From the human T2T-CHM13v2.0 reference genome, Homo sapiens: DNA of 64,000 nt. The notes under the pieces were generated by a model. That model saw only the letters and a program-made list of their open reading frames with translations. It ran no database searches and was not told where the DNA came from. A program made the position numbers and the translations under genes. Each line of letters starts with the position of its first letter. The stretch's first letter is position 1. Positions 44,320-60,770 of the stretch are shown here, one piece after another. The DNA is taken from NCBI RefSeq assembly GCF_009914755.1, contig NC_060944.1; one strand, written 5' to 3'.

Positions 44320-45306
44320 TGACTTCTCTTCCCTACCTTTCTTCCCCCAGTCCTGCCAGATGGCAGTTCCTGCCACGTGTCCCTGTGAAGGGCCATCAGA
44401 GAGCAAAGCTGCCGCTTGGCGGGGTGCCACATGCTTTCGTGCTATTGACCCCACATGCTCAGGCAGCCTCAAGGGCCTGCAGATGATGGGCACATACACA
44501 TAGAATGGCTTCAGTTCAGAGCAGCTGGGCTAGGCATGATTCACTTGGTGTTCAAACACTCAGGGATCAACAGAAGTAGGTCAGCCGCCGGGGTCTGAGA
44601 TGAGCTGTCAGGATGGATGATTTAGGTGCACTCCATGCCCCCATGAAGGGACTCATGGCATCTCGCTTGCCCCTGCCAGGGCACCAGCCTGGCAATGGGC
44701 AGGTGAAGAAACAGGAGCCTGGGGTCTACACTAGAGTGAGTTATTCTATGATGTCACTCTCAGCCCAAGAATGACCTCAAGGATATCCAGTGGAATTGGA
44801 ATATTCTTTTCTACGTCATTGTTTGTTTTTATGGGGCTTTTAAAAAGCTGCTTAGGGCCTCAGGAGAGGATGAGACAGTCCCAAAGACAACGCAAAGAGA
44901 GTGAGCACAGACAAGGCAGGCTGTGAACTCACAGAACATGGCACGCCCGGTCAGGAGAGGCACCAGCTAGAGCTGTTGCTGTTCATTCTCCTCAGTGCCC
45001 CAAGTCAGTCTACCAGGCGGGACAGTGTTACAGAAACACCCAAAGAGGCTGGGAACTGCTGCACACATGGCTGACGACTAGTTTGGTTTGCATCTACATC
45101 TGAACCATGAGAGCCATGGTTTTCTGATTACCCCATTGCTCTGCACTAGCTGGTAAATACTCAGAATAACACCCCAATCTGTGAGCCAGTTTAATGTCCA
45201 GTAGATGGTATCATCAGAAATGGAAGTGCCCCTATTGGGTAGATTGGATTCTTTCCTGCCAGACGAAGGAGGGAGAACCATTCTCTGGGGAACAAATTTT
45301 AAATGA

Positions 45307-45628
<322 letters not shown>

Positions 45629-46869
45629 ATGAAAAATTCCTTTTTTAAAAAAAGAAATCATTCTTCTTTTTACTTTCCTATTGTGATGTAACATACCGAG
45701 GAGAATATGTGTTGATATAAAGGAATTCACAGATCAATGAATTTTTACACACATATGTACACCTATGTACCCACTACCCAGATCCAGCAATCAGATGTCT
45801 CCAAAATTCCAAATGGTTCTCTTGTGCCTCTTCTTGGCCAAGGCTATCCCCTATCCTTAGAGGTAACCACTCTTCTGATGTCAAACAGCATTGATTAAAT
45901 GTGTCCATAATTGTGGGGTTTTGTGGTTGTTGTTCAGCTATACTCATTATTTTAAAAATGTTTTTATTAAGGTATAATTGACATACATACATTAAATTTC
46001 ACCCTTTTTAGTACATAGTTCTATGAGTTTGGACACATGCATGCAGTGATGCAGCCGCTACCATAGTCAAGACACAGAGCAATCCCATTACTCAAAATAT
46101 TCATTTCCTTGTGCTCTTCATATTCACCAGCCTCAGTCCCTGGCAACCACTGATTTATTTTCTGTAGTGTTGCCTTTTCCAGTTTAAGTCTGTGTGTGTG
46201 AATAGCTTAACTGTGTTTTAAATGAGGATTATAGGTGGGTGGGTTTTAGAACAAAAAATGAATGAATAATGGAAAAATGTTAGGCATCTGAAAACTTGCC
46301 TGTCGAGTCAGGGCTGTGGGGACGGTTTGTCTGTGTGCAGCCGGGTCCCTGGAGATGTGCTCCTCTTGTGTCCATGACCTCCTGGCCAGTGCAGTGAGCA
46401 CTTTCCTAGAGCTGCTAATTTTAGGCACTGGCACTGGGGCTGTCACCTGTATCCTTCGCTTTGAGCCGCCCACACCCGTGATTGAGATGAGGGTCACTCT
46501 CTCCACTTTACCAGTGAGGAGACAAGGGCTCCGAGGAGCAGTGCCTTGTCCGCTCCCAGGTGAACTGGAGCAGCCGTGGATTGTACTGTCACAAATTGCA
46601 CAAGAAGATCTGTGGCCAGGCGGTTATGCCCGGCAGGGAGGAGGCTTAGACTAAATTTGGGGGTGAGAGCCTGTATCAGGGTCTGGAGTCCGGCTGGGCC
46701 TGTAGTGAGACCCAGGAGGAGACCCAGATGCGGCCCCTCCGAGATGGGCAAGCGCTTCAAGGTGAGGACCCATCTGAAGTCAGGGCCAGCAATGACAGCA
46801 TCCTGGGCGGGCAGATCCTGGCAGGACAGGGTTCTCAGATTTAGCCAATAAAGATGCTGACTCTTGGTG

Positions 46870-47170
46870 GTTTTTATTTTGTTTTGTTTTTGGTTTTGTT
46901 TTTGTTTTGAGACAGTCTCATTGTATTGCGCAGGCTGGGGTTCAGTGACGTGATCTCGGCTCACTGCAACCTCCTCATCCTGGGCGCAGCCTCCACCTCA
47001 GCCTCCCAAGTAGCTAAGACTAGAGGCACGCACCACTATGCCCAGCTAATTTTTTGTGTTTTTTTGTAGAGACACAGTTTTGCCATGTTGTCCAGGCTGG
47101 TCTCAGCTCCTGGGCTCAAGTGATCCTCCCAAAGTGCTGGGATTACAGGCATGAGCCACCACACCCAGCC
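46870..47170 (-). mobile_element. AluJ
   Basis: Reverse dimer. Confidence 0.9.
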
Positions 47171-47974
47171 TCTTGTATTTTCATACCTTGCCTGCAGGAT
47201 ACATAATCCTGGCACAGGGAGGGACATCTTTCTGAGCCTCACGTGACCTCCTGTCTTTGCTGGCTTCTGCCAAGGTGCAGCCATCACCCTCCCCTGCTCC
47301 CCGTCCCACCCCAGGCTGGGGCTCAGCCTCAGTTTCTTTGCTGTGCACAAAGCCACCTTGGGTTCCGCCCTTGCTTGTGACGGCGTTCCTGGCCTCGCCC
47401 CATGGGCTCTGCTCTCTCAGTCCTTTCTGCACCCTCTCTGTGCACCTGCTGGAATGCAGGCCTGTGGGCCACCCTCACACTTACCTCCCTGGGCTCCGCA
47501 CTCAGCCATCGGCTCTCTCTAGAGACCCAAGGGTGCTGGATGCCCTGGGGGAGATGAGACACCAGCGCCCCCGCTCCACCCCACCAATTTATCCGGATGT
47601 CCTATTACCTCTCTGGGAGTCCCCTTCTCAAACTCTTACCAGCCCCTACATTGAGTACCTTCTCCTCCATTCCTCCTCTCACACAGGTCTTTCAGCTTTT
47701 TTTAATGGAGGATGTGGGGTGCTGGGAGGGGACTGTTCTTACTGCCTGTCCCCATTTTTCCCAGAGCTTTGGCTTTTGGCATGCACTGGTCTCTGGCTCC
47801 TGGTTTAAGTCAGGACTTTCAAAACTATTGAGTCTGCCATGGATCTACCTAAGCCTCTTCGGGAGCTTAAAAGCCATATGTGATAGCCTTCTTCTGGGTG
47901 TTTTGTATCTGCCCTTCCCAGGGGCAATCAGCATCAGCTGTGGCCTGAGGATCTAGATCCAGACAGCGGCCGCA

Positions 47975-48244
47975 GGTACCTGTGCCCTTGTCCGAACTGA
48001 GATGTACTAGAAATATAAAACACACCCTGCAGTGTTAAAGACTTAGCCCAAAAAAGGAACGTAAAATAGCTCATCTGTAATTATTTTATTGATTACACGT
48101 TGAAATGATAATATTTTGGAAATATGAGAGAAAATATATTTTAGAATGAATTTCACCTGTTTCCTTCCCCTTTTTACTGTGGCTACTAGGAAAATCAAAA
48201 TCACGTATGTGGCTAGCTCACTTATTTCTGCTGGACAGCACTGG
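47975..48244. mobile_element. MER33-like hAT element
   Basis: attgattacacgttgaaatgataatattttgg..tgtggctactag..tggacagcactg. Confidence 0.7.
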
Positions 48245-48598
48245 TCTAGATGTAAGGGCGAAAGAGCCGTAAGGGAGAAAGGAACTGTGGAAACAGAAAA
48301 TTCATGGTGCACATGCCAATGAGGCTCGCTGTGCCTGGCTCTAGCTCTGTCTTGTCTTCTCTGTCCCGCTGCCCCATCCCTGATCCCTATACTACAGCCA
48401 GACTATCCTCGAACCACCCTCCTGCCAACTTGGAGCCTCTCTTGAAATGGGTTTTGAACCCCTTCAAGACCCTACTCACAGCCCACCTCCCCTGGGAAGC
48501 CTTCTTTCTGCCACCCCACCCAACAGGCTCCTTTTTCTGAGCAGTTTGGGTTTTTGGTGGGTGCCCCATGTTGCGACATCTGACAAAAGTTCGACTCT

Positions 48599-48899
<301 letters not shown>

Positions 48900-49551
48900 C
48901 TAGTTTGTCTGCACATGCCCCAAGAGTCCACACTCACAATGTTAGTGGCACAGCTTGCCTGTGCTTTTCTCCCTAAGTTCCTTGGAGGCAGTGGTGGGTC
49001 TGTGTTCTTTGTACTTCTCTTCTCCCTGTGAAAACCCCACCTATGGGTAGGTGAATTTTCAGACATCCCCCGAATGCAGAACTGTGGGGCAGGGCCCTGT
49101 GGGGCGGGTGTGCTTGAGTTCTCCCACAGTGCAAAAGTAAGTTTAGCATTGCAGAGAATCTGGTTTGGTTCAATGCTCTTTGCAGACACTATAAAGCCAT
49201 ATCCTTGAGCCTAAATATTCCTCCTAAGAGCTGCCTGAAGGATGAGACTGGAGGAAATAGAAGCAACACTTGGCATTTGCTTCATGTCAAGCACCTCTAA
49301 GTGCATTATGTATATTTATCTCATTTAATGGTAAAAAACAATCCTACAAAGTACACTATTTCATTTCCATTTTCCTGATTGGAAAGTGGAGACGCATAGA
49401 GACCACATGTGGACTGCTCAAGATCACATGGGGTGGTGACAGAGATGAAATTTGAATCTGGGCGGATAGGCTGCAGGGTCTGGACACCAAGCCATTGTGC
49501 CGTCTGCCCCTAAAACTGAAGCTGTGAGGAAGGTGCTTCTCGCGCGGCTTC

Positions 49552-49706
49552 TCTTACCTCCTTACCGGCGAGGCTCTGCTCTCCCTCGCCCTCACCTCCT
49601 TACCAGCGAGGCTTGCTCTGCTCTCTCTCGCCCTCACCTCCTTACTGCAAGGTTCTGCTCCCTCTTGCCCTCACTTCCTTACAGGCGGGGCTCTGCTCTC
49701 TCTCGC
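49552..49706. repeat. ~38-bp degenerate minisatellite, 4 copies
   Basis: Unit ~CCTCACCTCCTTACCAGCGAGGCTCTGCTCTCTCTCGC, periods 38/42/37. Confidence 0.9.
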
Positions 49707-50138
49707 ATGCCGGCAGCCAACGATAGCCCTACCTCTAGACTCTCCATGCTCAGGGGCGTCCCATCTCCTCCCTCCGTTACTTCGTGGCCACTGGTGGACA
49801 GGAGCGAGACTGAGTTCAGGACCAGAAGGCCGCAGTGTGGCCAGGCCCTGCCTCCATCATGTCCCCAGGTGTCCACAGCGAAGCCTCTGAAGGCTCCAAC
49901 TCCTTTCTGTCCACTCTGCTGGGTGGGCGGTGAGACGCTGTGCTCCACTGCCTGATGTCTGAGCCCCACAAGGGGCCCGTCACGTAAGTTTGGGATTTTT
50001 CTGCCTAGGGTTGCCAGATCAAAATTCACATTTCAGATAAGCAAATAATTTTCTTAGTGTAAAATTAAAAGACAGGGAGGAGGAAGAAGGGGTAAACATT
50101 CCCTGAAGTGAGGATTCACACCAAAGACACAGAGTTTA

Positions 50139-50430
<292 letters not shown>

Positions 50431-50755
50431 ACACACAAGAGTTTAAACCTGAAATGACATGAAGACTTAGGCGACTGGCGAGAGAGAATCAAAGAAAGTT
50501 GTGTCACTGCACCATGGAGTCTGGTGGTGATTGAAGTCCGTTCAGCACAGGTGCTCAGGACCTGCGGACTTGGGCAGAGGGCATTGTAAGCAGCTAGAGA
50601 ACAAGAGAGGGCAGAGACAGCTTATCTCTGCTTGACAAGGCCCAGCATTATGGTGAGTACTGAGCATTTTAATAAGTGTGGATCTCAGCCAGCTATTTAA
50701 TTTTTAGGGCCCACTGTAAAATGAAAATGCAAGACCTCTAGTTCAAATTTATTAG

Positions 50756-51253
<498 letters not shown>

Positions 51254-51508
51254 TTAGTAAGAATTTCCAGATGACAAGAGCCAAGTGTTAAACCAGCTCA
51301 GGGTGCTCTTAGCACCAGGCGCTGTGTGAAAACATGGCTCAGATGCAAGGGAACCCAACCCTGGCATAGGCTCAAACTGCTGCTGTTTAGCAAGAAGTGG
51401 GCACCGCAAACTGGAGGGTGATTCCTCCCCTGCTTGGGGGCCGGCCCCTGGAGGAACCTCACTGTTTGCACTTGGAGTTTAGGGGCATTCTGCCCTTGAG
51501 CCCCCATC

Positions 51509-51797
51509 CTTTTGTTTGTTTGTTTCGAGACAGAGTCTCACTCTGTTGCCCAGGCTGGAGTGCAGTGGCATAATCTCAGCTCATGCAATCTCCACCTCCT
51601 GGGTTCTCCTGCCTCAGCCTCCCAAGTAGCTGGGATTACACGCGGCTGCCACCATACCAGGCTAATTTTTGTATTTTTAGTAGAGATGGGGTTTCACTAT
51701 GTTGGCCAGGCTGGTCTCGAACTCCTGACCTCAGATGATCTGCCCGCTCAGCCTCCCAAAGTGCTGGGATTACAGGAGTGAGCCACCACACCTGGCC
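51509..51797 (-). mobile_element. AluS
   Basis: Reverse dimer, TSD gagccccc. Confidence 0.93.
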
Positions 51798-53726
51798 GAG
51801 CCCCCCCTCTTACAGCTGCAGGACGGAATGTAATTCCCTGGCTTGGCCATGGCCACGGCCACTGTCCAGAGTGGTAGGAGGACAGGGACAGCTGCTCAGG
51901 GTTTCTGTGTTTCTGTGTCACCCCTCCCACCCCAGTAGCTGAATTCTGGGGAGCTCTGGCCCAAGGAGGGAAAGGGGCAGCATCTTTTCTCCTTGATTAG
52001 GGGGCTTTCTGGAGCCGGGGGAGAAACCAAGCGGGCATCTGGCAGGGCCATGATGGGAGCCCACGACTCCAGCTTCCCTGGGGAGCAGGGTGAAGTGCTC
52101 AGGGAAGAAGGGAGAAGGGAAGCCAACTTTCCCTCCTGGAAGATGCCACAGGGAGACAGGAGGGAAAACTGAGGAGGGAGTGTCAGGTTGCCACTTGGCT
52201 CCAGAGGCTGCAAGACGGGGCTTCCTGTAGCATTCCTGGAAAGTTTGCCCAGGGTCCACATGTTCCCAGGCATCCTGGCTGCTGAGCCTGTGGGTATGTG
52301 GAGGCTCTCACTAACAGGCCAGCTGATGCTGGCAGTGCCACTTCTAAAACGGGCAGGGGATGCATTAGCCTCCAGGCCAGACTGTGGACAGTTGGGACGT
52401 GCAGGAATAGTGCAGAGGAAAACAGGAGACTTAGTACCTCCACCTGGGGAATGGGAGGGGTGAGTACATGTGAGGATCAGGTGGATTAAAACGTGTCAGG
52501 TGTCTAGCAGCACGTGGCCGACAGAAGTGCTAAAAAGTGCTACTTAGCATTAACTACTATTATTAAGTATTATCATGAACATTTCTCTTTATGGAGAAAG
52601 CTTTGTGTAAGCCACTTACTATTAATTATTGTTAATTATTATTAATATTCTCTCTCCTTGGACACAGCTCTATGTCTCTCGTTTCTGTTACCTTCACCTT
52701 GGCACCTCCCACACCTACGTCTACTGGCTCAATTAACACTTAATAAATGTTATTTTTCAAAAACATTAATTTAAATACATCTCAGTAAAATCCATTCAAA
52801 ATGGGAGGATACTGATAAAGTAAAATGAGATCACGCCAAGTAACTATATTGCTTTTTTTAAAAAAGATTAAAGTAGCAGTTCAGAATCACCACAAAATCC
52901 TGGCTTTTTTCTCTTATCAACAACTGGACCATGACTAAAAATAAAGCCCCCAAAATTCAATGCTTGGGTATATTTTATGACTGGGATTCAGCTTTTATTT
53001 GATTTCTCTTCTTAAAAAGTATGCTCTCTTTGGTTAAGATGAAGTTTGCTTTATTTTACATAACTAAAAGTAAACAGACACCATCAGGTTTTCCTGGAAA
53101 GGGCCCAGAACTCGAGGCATGGGTGGATGCTGGTTCTTGTTGGTTCCAGGCTGGAGAGCCCCCAAAACCAGCCCTGAGAGATGGGCGTTTAATGTGACCT
53201 GAGCTCTCCAGCCTCCACCATTTAGTGGCTTGGCTAGTTTCTGGCTACGTGGCCTTGGGAATTCCCTTCCTCCATGTGGTCCTTGTGCCTTGTCAATAAT
53301 GGTGTAATAAAACTATAAAAGATGAATTAAAAGCCTCGAGGCAAGTATTAATAGCTAGAAAGCTTGAGAATGCCATAAAAATAGAAATCACAGTGCACTG
53401 AGTGCTTATCTTCCATGTATTTTTTATCCACAGAGACTGAGGAAGGGGAACGTGGACAAGGTTTAGCATGTTTTAAACCTTCTATGCTCCTCCTACAGAA
53501 CTACAGCTCCCAGTATGAGAGAGGAATTTACATTTTTTGAATGCCTTCCCATTTAATTCACTTAATTTAATTTGCAGAGCACACCGTGTGCATTAGGAAG
53601 GTGCAGAAACTGAGATCCAGGTTCTGTGGGTTCTTACTTCAGGTTACATGAGTTGCCTGAGATCACACAGGTGGTTTGCAAAAACAAATCAATGCTAAGA
53701 TGCCATTCATCTGTCAGCCCCATGTG

Positions 53727-54280
<554 letters not shown>

Positions 54281-54671
54281 AAATCCCATGCTACAACAAT
54301 TGCAGAAGTAGTGGGGCGGGAATGTCTCTTACTCTGTCTGGGTTATGTGTGTGTTTCCAAGAGAAATGCTTCACTGGAGGTCTGAAGGGAGCTTCAGGAG
54401 TGTGCTAGGCCCCGGCTACTCAAACTGTTGTCCCTGGACCAGCAGCAGCTGGGAGCATGTTAGAAATGCAGGCCTCTCCCTGGACTTAGACTTTCAGAAC
54501 CCGCATTTTAACAAGCTCCCACATGATTCATGTGCTTGTCAAAGTTTGAAGGGGGCAGGGTCTGACTCATTCCAGGGTGGACGGCCCGCAAACCAGCCCT
54601 GAGAGATGGGCATTTAACTTGGCCTTAGCTCTCACCAGGGCTAAGACCCATGTCAGGGCTTCAAGGACTGA

Positions 54672-54953
<282 letters not shown>

Positions 54954-55249
54954 ACACAAACCTCATTGCTGCCCCCCACCACCCTCTGGGGAAAATGACG
55001 CCTTCTCCACCTATGCCCAGGCTCCGAGTCCTCATTTGTGTTTTTAATTTTAATGATACACTCCCATTATAAGCAGTAGTTCAAGAACATAAAACAGGAC
55101 AAATGCAAGAGAAATGACTCCCAAACCCACCACCCAGAAACCATAGTCAATCCTCTTAGATGAATATCATGTCAAATATCTTTCAGCAAAAAATTTATAT
55201 GAAAGAATGGATAATTTTATTTAAAAATAGGAATTGAATTTTAAGTCAG

Positions 55250-55750
55250 TGTATTGGTCATCTATTGCTGCATAACAAATAGTCCCAACATGTAGCAGCT
55301 TCTCAAAACAAACAATGATGCTATCTCACAGGGTTTCTGAGGGTCAGGAACCTGAGGGTTGTTTAGCCAGCTGGTTCTGTCTCAGGGTCTCTCATGAGAT
55401 TACTCACTGTTGGCCCAGCAGCAGTCATCTGAAGGCTGGACCAGGGCTGGAGGACCCACCTCCAAGATGGCTGCCTCACATGGCTGCTGGCAAGACATCT
55501 TGGTTCCTCACCACATGGGCCTTCCCATCGGGCTGCTCGTGGCATGGCATCTGGCTTCCCCCAAAGCTGGTGACCCAAGAGCGAGTGAGAGAGCAAGCAG
55601 GAAGCCACAGTGCCTTTTATGACCTCGTCTCTGACACATGCAATATCACTTCTGCCTTATACTATTTGTTAGAAGCAAGTCACTAAGTTCTCAAGGGAGG
55701 ATAATAAAACATTCTTGAAATAATATGCATACACATTTTAAAAATCACAG
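55250..55750 (-). mobile_element. MLT1-type LTR, followed by an L1M fragment (~55750-56050)
   Basis: tgtattggtcatctattgctgcataacaaa terminus. Confidence 0.75.
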
Positions 55751-56084
55751 TTTCTTGAGGCCTGATTTACATAGAGTAAAACTTACCCTTTTCAGGTGTG
55801 CATTCTATAAATTTTGACAAATTCACCAGCATAATCAAAGATGTAAGACACTTTCATTACCCCAGGGAGTTCCCTCGTGCCTCTCTGTAGTCATCACTTC
55901 TCCCTTCCCAACCCCTGGCAACCATGAATCTGTTTTCCATCCTTATAGCTTAGATTTTTCCAGAAAGCCATATAAATGGAATTGTATAATATGTAGCCTT
56001 TTCAGGTGGGCTTCTTTCACTTAGCATAATTCATCTGAGATTAGTCTATTATACAGGCTTGTTAAACTCAAAAAAAGGTTTATT

Positions 56085-56540
56085 AGATGCTATTGGTGCC
56101 CAGCCCACATCCTGTTGGTATTTGCTATTCTAGTAGAGTCCAGTGACTTCTCCTAGCAAACACTTGAATGTCTTCTGCCTGAGGGTCTCTCTGGCTACAA
56201 GAGTGGGATCAGCCCACACATAGGGCAGAGGGGAAGTGGCAAGCAGTTAATGCCCAGTGAAGCCCACAGTGATGGATGAACAGTGATGGATAAATGTCCT
56301 GGCTTACCCTGCAGATAGGACAAACTCTGAGACCGTCTGTTTGAGCTCCCTAGTGGTATTGAGCCCTAGTTTCCCACAGCGGTCACCTGCTCTTGAACAG
56401 CTCATACTTCTCTCCTTCCTTGTCTTGTTTCCCCACTCCACTACCAGTGTTTCCTGGCATCATCCCCCTACTCCTACTCCCTAGAAAATACTCCAATTTT
56501 AGATTCAGGTTCTGCTTCTGGGAGAACCCAACCTAAGACC
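56085..56540 (+). mobile_element. ERVL LTR (LTR16/LTR33-like)
   Basis: Ends tcaggttctgcttctgggagaacccaacctaagac. Confidence 0.7.
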
Positions 56541-56748
56541 AAAGTGTTGGAATTTAGTTTTATTTTAATGAAAGAAAAAATTGAAACGTAAAGAATTGCT
56601 GAAATTTGATGAATTTTTTCTTCATCTCTGGATATAGTCATAAATTATTAATTCAATTTCCTCTGAATTTCAGAATAATATGGAGGAAAAGAGTAAGAGG
56701 TTAATATCATTAGGTTTATTTTAAACTCAGGTTTTCAGTGAAAGATGG

Positions 56749-57167
56749 TGTGATGGCTAATACTGAGTGTCAACTTGATTGGATTGAAGGGTGCGAAGTA
56801 TTGATCCTGTGTGTGTCTATGAGGGGGTTGCCAAAGGAAATTAACATTTGAGTCAGTGGGCTGGGAAAGGCAGACCCACCCTTAATTTGGGTGGGCACCA
56901 TCTAATCAGCTGCCAGCACGGCTAGAATATAAAGCAGGCAGAAGAATGTGAAAAGACTAGACTGGCCTAGCCTCCCAGCCTACATCTTTCTCCCATGCTG
57001 GCTTCCTGCCGTCAAACATCAGATTCCAAGTTCTTCAGTTTTGGGATTCAGACTGACTCTCCTTGCTCCTCAGCTTGCAGACAGTCTATTGTGGGACCCT
57101 GTGATGATGTGAGTTAATACTTAATAAACTCCCTTTTCTGTCCCTCTAGAGAACCCTGACTAATACA
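56749..57167 (+). mobile_element. MLT2A (HERV-L) solo LTR
   Basis: TG..CA termini (tgtgatggctaatactgagtgtcaacttgattggattgaagg ... gagaaccctgactaataca), 5-bp TSD GATGG at 56744-56748 and 57168-57172. Confidence 0.9.
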
Positions 57168-58539
57168 GATGGTATGAATTCCTGCTATAAAAGTAAAAAG
57201 AAATTGATATTCATGATTCTTCTCTACTTCCCTCCCACTTTTATTGGCTTTATTATTACTTTTAATTTGTCAAGGTTTATAGTATTTATATTCTTCCCAC
57301 AATTGTTTAGTCCTAGTTGTGTATCTAAGAGCTTATCACCAATCCTTGTTAGTATCATTATTTTAAAGTTCATATCTTTGTCATTCCTGAATTATTTATT
57401 TTGATAATGTCTTTATTGGTTGACTTACATCAGTGTATCTATCTGTCAGAATAGGCCAAGTTCTGCTTCTGTAACAAACATCCCCCCACATCTTGGTGAT
57501 TTATCCAACACAGGTTGACTTCTCTCTCATGCTACGTGTCCAGTACATGTCATCAGGGAACTCTGTCTCTTGTAGTCACTCTGAGGCTTTGGTTAATGGA
57601 GATACCCTCTCAACACACACTTCCATGATTACCACGGTGGTGGGAAGGAGCCATGCTGAATTACATACTGTCTGTAAAAGCCTCTGTCTCAAAGTAATAC
57701 ATTCTATTTGCACTCACATTTCATTGGCCAAAGGAAATCATATGGCCACACCTAACTCCAAATGGGCAAGGTCCCTTCTGAATGCAGGAGAAGTGGGAAC
57801 ATTTAGTGGCAGCACTAATCAAGACCACTGTCATCAATTAAGTTTATAACTTTTTTACTTGCTAATGTTTTCTTGAAAAAACAGAAACCAACCAAAGTTT
57901 ATTATTTTTCCCCTGAAAGCCTTGCAGGTATTATGTTTAAGGTGATGAATATTTCCTAAATTCGTAAAGTGATTGGAATATTTCTACCGGAGTCTGTTAG
58001 CTCTTTCTAGCTCTGCTTTTCTTGCTCTCTTCAAGGAGGAACCAAAGAATCAAGAATTCCAGGAGAGCCAGTGGGTTGGCCCAAAGATTTAAATAGCTTC
58101 ATCTTCTGAGAGCTCTGGGTCTCAATAGCCAGAAGCTTTCCTTTGCTCCTTCTTGCATGGCCCACCCTTGGACTAATTCTTCACTGAAATAGTCATGGTA
58201 TTTAGAGGTAACTAATTTTCTAAGACAGGAGCTGGATGGCTCTAGGGAAAGGAAAGAGAGAGGTACCTTCATCTCTCAGTCTATTTCCACATCCCTCCAA
58301 ACATTGTTGAAATTCATCCTTCTAGCCGGGTTGATGTCCAGGATCATGTAGGAGGGCCAGGGAGCTGAGAAACCTGGAAGAGATGGGGCCCCCAAGACTG
58401 AAAAGCCTTTATAAGAGAGACCCTATCACAGATATTGAAGACAAGAGTAGCTGTTCCCTATTTAGTGTAAAAATCTTCCCAAAGGCACTAGGAACTTTCC
58501 CCATCAGTCACTCATTCCCTGGTGTTGATTTTTGTCATC

Positions 58540-59027
58540 CTTGTAGATAAAATTATTGGTCTAAATTCTTCCCTTCTCCCTGCATTCCCCATGTTTGTCA
58601 TGTGACTTTGCAGTTCCTCCCACTAGAGGCAGAGTGTAATTCCCAGCTCCTTGACTTAGACTTGGCCATATGACTTGCTTTGGCCAATGGTATGTGGCCG
58701 AAGTAAAAGTGTGCTAGTTCTGAGCCACATCATTCATTTCTACTTGCTGTCTTGTGCCTCCAAGAGGAGAGCTACTCCCTTGTATAAATGCTGCCCCTTC
58801 AGCCTGGGCTTCAGAATGAAACCAGGTGAAACTGACCTGAGCCAACCTGCTGCCGGGACCCAAGGCCAGCCAGCCCTGCAGCTTGATGCAAAGCCGCCCC
58901 ACTGAGCCCAGCCTACATCAGCCAACCCTCAGCCAACTCATAGGTTTGTGAAGGAGAACAAAGGATTGCTATTTAAAGCCACTGATGTTTGGGACAGTTG
59001 GTTATGCAGCAATATCTAACTGATACA
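58540..59027 (+). mobile_element. MLT1-type LTR
   Basis: tgtgactttgcagttcctcccactagagg..tttaaagccactga..ttatgcagcaata..aactgataca. Confidence 0.75.
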
Positions 59028-59294
59028 TTCTTTGTAGTCTAAAATGTCCTTACCCTGCCAAAGTGTGCCACATCGAAGGCCAACCCAACCTTTAGATGGA
59101 GAAGCAGCCTAGGATGCGGTGAAAAACTTTGCTTCTGGAGCCAGCCAGGCATAGCCATTCCAGTTCTGCCAGTCCTTACCTTATCCCGGGTGAGCTACTT
59201 CAACCTTGCTGAGCCTCTGTCTCCTCATCTGTAAAATGGGTCAAGAAGGTAACAACCCTGCCTTGCAGGGCGGATCAATGAAAATGCACATGTA

Positions 59295-59768
<474 letters not shown>

Positions 59769-60314
59769 TCAACTTATCCAAACTAGTCCAATTTTGTCCC
59801 ACCATATGAGTACTGGACACTGTATAACTTAGGGATTACACACTCTTTAATGGGTAGGTAAGAAATAACAGATGAAAATCAAGTTATCTCAGTTATCTTG
59901 TAGGGTCCCCCTAGCCCACTGATCCCCAAATACATTTTAAAGTGTGCAGAAGAGGAGTGGGCTTGCACGTACACCCCCAGTCCTGCCAGTGGCATCTCTT
60001 CTGCTTCTCAGGGCCATCGATTATTTGGGAAAGGGTTAGTGCCTGAAAACATTTCTTGATTGTCACAGATTTGACCAGCTTCTTAAACTATAGATGAAAT
60101 GTCTACAAGGAAGAGGGATTGGATGCCTCTTCCTGGCCTGATATCTGTAGTTCTGAGGTATCTATGAATCAATAAATGATTTTGATTAGGATTTATGGAG
60201 TGTGTAAGTATCCACAGGCACTGTGGGAGAGGGAGGGGTAATAAGTATGAGTCTCTGGCTTCCAGGGGTGGTTGATTGTGAGAATGCAGGGTCACATGGC
60301 AAAGGTGTTGAGAG

Positions 60315-60770
60315 GTGTGTCTTCCTTTGGGCTTTCCCAGAAGCATCCCTGAGACAAAGATCTCAGTGAAGGTGGTTGATTTGGGAGCTGCTCCCAGGAA
60401 AGGGCAGGCAGGGGAGCATGGCAGATCGGGGAGGCAGCCAAGAAAGGTAACATCACCGCTCATCACGGCGGGCAACTGGCGCCCAGTCCTGCTGGCAGTC
60501 CTGGGAGCCAGTGTAGAGCAAGCATTTGAAGCTACCCCACCCTTGGGTGTCTAAGCACCAGTCTTATCAGTCATTTATGGAAGGCTGCTCCTGCAGGAAG
60601 TTCATTCCTCAGCTCCTGAGCCTACTACCTGGGAAATGAACCTGTGAGCAAGTGCTCAGGCAAAGAAATGCAGGCCCTGGCAGTGGAAGGTGGGCCGGCC
60701 CCTGTCCTGAAGTAGCAAGGGGCTACTGAAGTAGCAAGGGGTACTGCCAGCCCCTGCCACAGATGGGTTT
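60315..60770 (-). mobile_element. ERVL LTR (LTR33-like)
   Basis: tgtcttcctttgggctttcccagaagcatccctgagacaa terminus. Confidence 0.6.

Noticed and set aside
60707-60741. 19-bp-period tandem duplication (also small duplications near 15200 and 41605)
   Set aside because: Ordinary slippage duplications, mostly inside old repeats, with no sign of function.
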